From an uncultured Methylomirabilota bacterium (lineage in GTDB: Bacteria; Methylomirabilota; Methylomirabilia; Methylomirabilales; 2-02-FULL-66-22): 64,000 bases of DNA. The number at the start of each line of letters is the position of its first letter. Position 1 is the first letter of the stretch. The translations under genes and the position numbers were made by a program. The stretch is from assembly GCA_963845565.1 (NCBI GenBank), contig CAWJSJ010000002.1, forward strand, positions 1,280,001 through 1,344,000. The letters are read 5' to 3'. Below the pieces are notes generated by a model, which was given only the letters and a program-made list of their open reading frames with translations, had not been told where the DNA came from and searched no databases. This document shows positions 58,291 through 64,000 of this stretch, one piece after another.

Positions 58291-58368
58291 AATGCAAAAC
58301 CGACAACGGACAATGAAAAACCGGTCAAAGTCCTCTATTGGTCGGTTGTCGGTTTTTCATTTTGTATT
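58291..58368. repeat. Imperfect palindrome of 7-bp mosaic units
   Basis: Left AATGCAA AACCGAC AACGGAC AATGAAA AACCGGT; right arm reverse complement AATACAA AATGAAA AACCGAC AACCGAC. Confidence 0.65.
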
Positions 58369-58388
58369 GCCACGGGTCGGACCAAAGC

Positions 58389-59669
58389 ATGATTAGCCTG
58401 CTGTTCGTCTTGCTCTTCGCGCTCTGCGCCCTCGGTTTCGAGATCTGGGCCGCCATGGGGCTCTCCGCCGTCCTCTATCTCCTCATCCGCGGCGACGTTC
58501 CCTTGAACATCATGGCGCAGAGCATGGTGGCGGGCGTGGACATCGTGACGCTGGTCGCGATCCCCTTTTTCATGCTGGCCGGCGAACTGATGAACGAATC
58601 CGGGATCACGGAGCGACTGGTCCGGTTCGCGCAGTACTTCGTCGGCCGCATCCGGGGCGGGCTGGCCTACGTCACGGTGATCGTGAACGTGATCATGGCA
58701 GGGGTCTCGGGCTCGGCAGTGGCGGACGCCAGTGCCGTCTCCTCGGTGCTCCTCCCTGCGATGGCGCGCGACGGATACGACCGCCGCTTTGCGGCGGCCA
58801 TCAACGCCTCGGCTGCCACCATCGGCCCCATCATTCCGCCCAGCATCCCCATGGTCTTCATCGCCGTGATCAGCGATCTGTCGGTTGGCCGCCTGTTCCT
58901 GGGCGGGGTGGTGCCCGGGCTCCTGATGGGAGCCTTCCTGGCGGTGACGATCTATCTTCATTCGCTGCGAAACCCGCTGCCGGCGACCGAGGCGCGGCGG
59001 GGTTGGGGCGAGTTCCTCCGGCTGCTCGGCCAGGCATTCCTGGCGCTCATGGCGCCGGTCATCATTTTGGCAGGCGTGGTCTTTGGTGTTGTGACCATCG
59101 TGGAGGTCGCCTTTCTGGCCGTCCTGTACGTCCTGCTGGTCGGGATGCTGGCCTACCGTAACATCCACGTCGCGGCGCTGCCGCAGATTTTTTCCCGGGC
59201 GGCGGCCACGTCGGTAACCATCATGGCAATCTTTGCCTCGGTGGGCGCCTATGGGTGGATCATCGCCAACGAGCAGCTTGGACCGCAGATCGCCAAGGCG
59301 ATCCAGTCCCTGGGACTGGGCTGGGCCGGGTTCTTGTTGGTCGTGAACCTCTTCTTCCTGTTCTTGGGCTGCATCATGGATGCGGTTCCGGCCATGCTCA
59401 TCTTCTTCCCCGTCCTCTTGCCTGTCGCGAAGGGGCTCGGCATCGATCCGATCCACTTCGGGGTCGTGGTGGTCCTGAATCTCATGATCGGGCTGTTGAC
59501 GCCCCCGGTGGGCGCGCTCCTGTTCCTTGAGGCCAAGATTGCCGAGGTGTCGTTCGAGGAGCTGGTACGCGCAGTCGGGCCTTATCTGGTAGCGCTGCTC
59601 GCGGTCTTGGCGCTGATCACGTACATTCCGCCGCTGGTGACGTTCGTGCCGAACCTGGTGTTCCGATGA
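58389..59669 (+). CDS. dctM: TRAP transporter large permease
   Basis: AIPFFMLAGELM, SGSAVAD, GPIIPPSIP, DPIHFG and GLLTPPVG. Confidence 0.93.
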   Translation: MISLLFVLLFALCALGFEIWAAMGLSAVLYLLIRGDVPLNIMAQSMVAGVDIVTLVAIPFFMLAGELMNESGITERLVRFAQYFVGRIRGGLAYVTVIVNVIMAGVSGSAVADASAVSSVLLPAMARDGYDRRFAAAINASAATIGPIIPPSIPMVFIAVISDLSVGRLFLGGVVPGLLMGAFLAVTIYLHSLRNPLPATEARRGWGEFLRLLGQAFLALMAPVIILAGVVFGVVTIVEVAFLAVLYVLLVGMLAYRNIHVAALPQIFSRAAATSVTIMAIFASVGAYGWIIANEQLGPQIAKAIQSLGLGWAGFLLVVNLFFLFLGCIMDAVPAMLIFFPVLLPVAKGLGIDPIHFGVVVVLNLMIGLLTPPVGALLFLEAKIAEVSFEELVRAVGPYLVALLAVLALITYIPPLVTFVPNLVFR

Positions 59670-60172
59670 GTGGGGCGATGGCTGGGATTCGAGCCGGTCT
59701 GGATCGGGGGCTCTCGTTGATCATCGGCGGTATCCTCATCGTCATCTTCCTCCTGAACCTGTACCAGGTGGGCGGACGCTACCTCTTCGGCGTCGGGGCC
59801 ATCTGGATACCGGACCTGACCCGGCTTCTCTTCATCTGGTTGGTGTTCTTGGGAACCGCCCTCATGCACCAGCGGAAGCGACACCTGGTGATCGATTTCC
59901 TGCTGCTCAAGTTTCGCCGGTCCGCCCGGCGGGCTGCCGAAGCAATGATCAACTGCGGGATGCTGGCCCTGGCCGGGGTGATGGCGGCCGCGGGGTGGCG
60001 GATCATGTTGATCCGGATGGACATCCCGTACACGGGCCTGGAGATCCCGACGGGCTATGCGTACCTCGCCGTGCCGGTGGCTGCTGTGCTCATCGGACTC
60101 ACCAGCCTGGCGAATATGGGGGAATGGAGGCAGGCGGGGCGCAGACACGAGCAGGCGGAGACGCGCCGATGA
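59666..60172 (+). CDS. dctQ: TRAP transporter small permease
   Basis: Four transmembrane segments; QVGGRY...W..DLTRLLFIWLVFLG...HLVID. Confidence 0.88.
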   Translation: MSGAMAGIRAGLDRGLSLIIGGILIVIFLLNLYQVGGRYLFGVGAIWIPDLTRLLFIWLVFLGTALMHQRKRHLVIDFLLLKFRRSARRAAEAMINCGMLALAGVMAAAGWRIMLIRMDIPYTGLEIPTGYAYLAVPVAAVLIGLTSLANMGEWRQAGRRHEQAETRR

Positions 60173-60222
60173 GCGGCCGGCGCCGGGTGCGCCACTGCAC
60201 GAACTGACCGACAAGAAAGGGG

Positions 60223-61285
60223 ATGCCCGTGACCACCGCAAAGCGCAGATCGCCCCGGAACGCGACCGCGTCCAGGCGCCCGTCCCGAGTGATGCCGGCG
60301 AATGCCGTTCCTGCGAAAGAGCGCCCCGACAGGGTCGCCCTGCTGACCATGATGATTCGCATTCGGGCCTTCGAGATGAAGCTGGCGGAGCTGGTCCGGG
60401 ATCTGGTGATCAAGGGGACGCTGCATCCCTACGTCGGACAGGAGGCGGTCGCGACGGGGGTCTGCTTTGCCCTGCGGACCGACGATTACATCAGCAGCAA
60501 CCATCGGGGCCACGGCCACGCCCTGGCCAAGGGCGCCGACATGAACCGGATGATGGCGGAGCTGCTGGGCCGACAGACCGGGTACTGCAAGGGGAAGGGC
60601 GGCTCGATGCACATCGCCGACCTGGACCTGGGCATGCTGGGCTGCAACGGCATCGTGGGCGGGGGCATCGGGATCACGGCAGGGGCCGCCCTGTCGGCGA
60701 AGCTCCGCGGGACGGACCAGGTGAGCGTGGGCTTCTTCGGCGACGGGGCCGCCAACACCGGAATCGTCCACGAGGCGATGAACCTGGCCGCGACCTGGCA
60801 ACTGCCGGCCATCTTCATCTGCGAGAACAACCAGTACGCCCTGTCCATGCCGTACGCCAAGGCGGTGGCGGCGCCGGACATCGCGTCGCGCGGCGGTCGG
60901 CTACGGCATGCCCGGCGAGGTGGTGGACGGCAACGACGCGCTGGCCGTCTGGGCGGCGACCCGACGGGCCGTCCTGCACGCGCGGCAGGGCCGCGGCCCG
61001 ACGCTTCTGGAATGCAAGACGTACCGCTGGCTCCAGCACAGCCTGCGGGTGAAGGGGCCGGACCGCCCGGCCGACGAGGAGGCCGCCTGGAAGGCGCGCT
61101 GCCCCATCGCGCAGCTGCGGGGGCAGTTGGCGAGCGAGAGGCTGCTGGATGACGCCGGCTTCGCCGCTATAGAGGAAGCCGCGAGGGGAGAGGTTGACGC
61201 GTCGGTGGCGTTCGCTCTGGCCAGCCCGGAGCCGACGCTCGATGAGATCGAAACGGACATCTACGCTGGGGGGTTCGTGGAATGA
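60223..61285 (+). CDS. TPP-dependent dehydrogenase E1 alpha subunit (AcoA/PdhA-like); +1 frameshift near 60892
   Basis: [29 protein letters not shown]...ENNQY TPP motif / [12 protein letters not shown]...ECKTYRW..H. Confidence 0.9.
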
Positions 61286-62299
61286 ACAGCGCACAGCAGC
61301 AGGCAACCGTTGTCGGGGCGGGAGTGCGGGAGATCTCGTACGCCGAGGCGATCGCCGAGGCGTTGCGCACCGAGATGCGACTCGATCCCCGGGTCTTCGT
61401 GATGGGCGAAGACGTCGGGAATTTCGGCGGGCTATTCGGCGGAACCAAGGGGCTACTCGACGAGTTCGGTCCGGAGCGGGTCCGGGATACGCCGATCTCC
61501 GAGGCCGCGCTGATCGGGGCGGGCGTGGGCGCGGCCATCACCGGGATGCGGCCCATGGTCGAGATCCAGTTCGTGGACTTCACCGCCTGCGCCATGGATC
61601 AGATCGTGAACCAGGCGGCCAAGATCCGGTTCATGCTGGGGGGCAAGGCGGAGGTCCCGCTGGTCATCCGGACCCCCTACGGCACCGGCCTCAAGTTGGC
61701 CTCGCAGCACTCTCAGAGCCTGGAGGCGTGGTTCGCGCACGTTCCCGGCTCTGCTCGTCGCCATCCCCTCGACGCCGGCCGACGCCAAGGGACTCCTGGT
61801 GACGGCGCTGCGCGATCAGAACCCGATTATCTTCCTGGAACACAAGCTGCTCTATCCCACGCGCGGACCGGTGCCCGAGGAGCAGTACACGATCCCCTTC
61901 GGGCAAGCCGACGTGAAGCGAAGCGGAAGCGACGTGACGATCGTGGCCACCGGCCTGATGGTGCGGCGGTCGCTGGAAGCCGCCGACACGCTGGCCGCCG
62001 AAGGGATCGAGGCCGAGGTGGTGGACCCCCGGACGCTGGTCCCGCTGGACAAGGCCGCGATCATCGCCTCGGTCAAGAAGACCGGCCGCCTGGTGGTCGT
62101 CCACGAGGCGGTGAAGCGCGGCGGCTTCGGCGGGGAGATCGCCTCCATGATCGCGGAGGAGGCCTTCGATTACCTCGACGCCCCCATCAAGCGGGTGGCG
62201 GGCAGGAATGTTCCCATTGCCTTCAACGAGACGCTGGAGAGGAAAGCCATTCCGTCGGCAGAGGACATCGCCTCCGCCGCCCGGTCGCTGATCCGGTAG
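61282..62299 (+). CDS. TPP-dependent dehydrogenase E1 beta subunit (AcoB/PdhB-like); +1 frameshift near 61750
   Basis: [36 protein letters not shown] / [23 protein letters not shown] and YLDAPIKRV. Confidence 0.9.
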
Positions 62300-62397
62300 G
62301 GCGCCGTTCGCAGAAGCCCGCCCGCCCGAGAATGGTGTGTAGAGCCTGGCGGCGTTGTCGGTCCATCCCTTTCCGATTTACTTCGGAAAAATCTACC

Positions 62398-62426
62398 TTG
62401 ACATCTAGATGTATATACATTAGATT
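62398..62426 (+). promoter_or_regulatory. Sigma70 promoter with overlapping palindromes, likely GntR/HutC-type operator
   Basis: TTGACA-N17-TAGATT. It overlaps the perfect palindromes ACATCTAGATGT (62401-62412) and ATGTATATACAT (62409-62420). Confidence 0.75.
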
Positions 62427-62449
62427 CCGCCACATTCTCGGAGGCGGGA

Positions 62450-63208
62450 ATGACGACGGAAGCCCAATTCATTCCGAACTACTACCGGGTCGAGAAATAT
62501 CTTCGCGATCGCATCCGCTCCGGCGAGCTCAAGCCGGGTGACCCGGTCCCCCCCGAATCCCAGCTCGTTCAGCAATTCAACATCAGTCGGATGACCGTCC
62601 GCCAGGCGCTCTCGCGCCTGGTCTTTGAGGGTCTCATCGATCGCCAGCGCGGCCGGGGCAGCTTCGTCGCCGAGGCGCGATTCCAGCACACGCATCTCTT
62701 CCCGAGCTTCGAGGAGGAGATGCAGGCGCGCGGCGCCACGACGTCGCACACGTTGATCGAGAAGCGCGTCGAGCCGGCCGAGGGGAAGGCGGCTGAGAGC
62801 CTGGGCCTCGCAAAGGGGACGCCGGTGATCGTGATCGAGCGCCAGCGGTTTGTGGACGGGCAGGTCGTCGGTTATGAGATCCGGTATTTCCCCCGCTGGA
62901 TCGGCGACGCCCTGACGACGGAAGAATTGGAGGGGCAACCCCTGGTGCCCGCCATGAAACGAATCCTGGGGCGCGTGCACACGCACCTGCGGCTCCGCAT
63001 CACGGCGTCGGTGGCCCGGGTGAAGGAAGCCAAGATCCTGGAGACGAAGGCTGGTGCCCCGATTCTGATCCGAGAGAACATCTGGTATGTGGAGCCGGAG
63101 GGGCCGATCCAGTACGGCAAGTCCCTGTATCGCGGGGACCGATACCAGATGGATCTGAATCTGACCTCGTGGCCCCAGGGTGGAGGCCCAGCGAGAGGCC
63201 AAGGCTGA
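62450..63208 (+). CDS. GntR-family regulator, HutC/UTRA subfamily
   Basis: [30 protein letters not shown]...GRGSFV HTH; UTRA ending YRGDRY. Confidence 0.92.
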   Translation: MTTEAQFIPNYYRVEKYLRDRIRSGELKPGDPVPPESQLVQQFNISRMTVRQALSRLVFEGLIDRQRGRGSFVAEARFQHTHLFPSFEEEMQARGATTSHTLIEKRVEPAEGKAAESLGLAKGTPVIVIERQRFVDGQVVGYEIRYFPRWIGDALTTEELEGQPLVPAMKRILGRVHTHLRLRITASVARVKEAKILETKAGAPILIRENIWYVEPEGPIQYGKSLYRGDRYQMDLNLTSWPQGGGPARGQG

Positions 63209-63957
63209 TGCGCCACAAGACGGTGGTTCTCTACACCCTGTCCATCCTGGCGGGGCTCGTGCTGTGGGAACTGGTGGCGGCCCAGTTCTCCAAGGTCGTC
63301 CTCTCGCCGCCTACGGCGGTGGCCACGCATCTATACGCTCACACGATCACCCTGGAGCTGCCGCGGCTCCTCTGGTATTCGTTGGGCCACACGGCTCTCG
63401 GTTACCTCTTGGCCGTGGCCGTGGCCGTTCCCCTCGGCTTCCTCATGGGGCGGAGCGAGCGAGCCTTCGCCATGTTCGACCCCATCGTGAACGCCCTCTA
63501 CTCCATTCCGACGATCGCCTTCGTGCCCTTCCTGGTGATCTGGTTCGGCCTCTTCTTTCCGGCGCGCACGGCGCTGGTCTTCATCATGTGCGTCTTTGAC
63601 ATTCTGGTGACGGTTTCGGCAGGGGCGCGGAATGTGGAGCGCACCCTGATCGATGTAGGGCGGGCGTTCGGGGCGGGGCGGTGGGACCTGTTCCGCAAGG
63701 TGCTTTTTCCCGCGAGCCTTCCCTTTTTGTTCACGGCGCTCCGGATTGGGATGGTCCGGGCGGTCATCGCCATGATCACGGCGGAGATGTTCTTCGCAGC
63801 GGTGAACCTGGGAAAATACATGCAGGCGGCGCAGAACCGGTTCGACAGCGCAGGCCTGCTTGCGGTGCTCACGATCCTGGCCGTCGTCGGCCTCCTGGCG
63901 CAGGAGGGGCTCAAAGCCCTGGAGACCAGGCTCCTTCCGTGGCACGTGAGGCACTGA
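63208..63957 (+). CDS. ABC transporter permease (SsuC/TauC/NitT family)
   Basis: LVLWEL...PP, GFLMG, IPTIAFVPFLVIWFG, GRAFGA...LFPASLP and TAEMF; ATG overlaps the GntR stop. Confidence 0.9.
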   Translation: MRHKTVVLYTLSILAGLVLWELVAAQFSKVVLSPPTAVATHLYAHTITLELPRLLWYSLGHTALGYLLAVAVAVPLGFLMGRSERAFAMFDPIVNALYSIPTIAFVPFLVIWFGLFFPARTALVFIMCVFDILVTVSAGARNVERTLIDVGRAFGAGRWDLFRKVLFPASLPFLFTALRIGMVRAVIAMITAEMFFAAVNLGKYMQAAQNRFDSAGLLAVLTILAVVGLLAQEGLKALETRLLPWHVRH

Positions 63958-64000
63958 GATGAGTCGGGTTCAACGAGTAAGCCTTCAGTGTGCGGGGATC

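Noticed and set aside
63959..64000. ATG starting MSRVQRVSLQCAGI, probably the next ABC component
   Set aside because: Only 14 codons lie inside the window, too few to assign.

Overview
GC-rich bacterial chromosomal window, mostly housekeeping and catabolic genes. Gene content and repeat style are compatible with an NC10/Methylomirabilota- or Deltaproteobacteria-like organism; this is inference only. Left to right: sthA (runs off the edge), a GH88 hydrolase, tdh-kbl plus a UroD-family gene, a minus-strand sugar-acid block (DUF362, mannitol-dehydrogenase-like protein, HAD hydrolase, gnd, PPi-type PFK), a REC-DUF4388 regulator with a degenerate GTPase-like tail, and iorAB-paaK-MFS-ACT. Next is a decayed accessory islet (about 21.6-25.3 kb) with a putative transposon end, a truncated ceramidase-like gene, PrsW, a lone YD/Rhs repeat, an internally deleted HigB-like toxin with its antitoxin, and a small protein plus nucleotidyltransferase pair. 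Then MATE, a fatty-acid desaturase, a Na+-pumping acyl-CoA decarboxylase cluster with M20 hydrolase/LysR/DcuC/amidohydrolase, purM-metG-PSP1-holB-tmk-selA-moaC, rfaE2-mfd-two PPIases, a nagA-SIS-TRAP-E1alpha/E1beta cluster, and GntR with an ABC permease. Eight +1 frameshifts in six genes, seven explicable as two synonymous wobble bases side by side, look like a mixed-strain consensus artefact. Two copies of a MITE-like element and several 7- or 9-bp periodic palindromes lie between genes. No rRNA, tRNA or CRISPR array was recognised. All calls come from reading motifs by eye; no database search was run.
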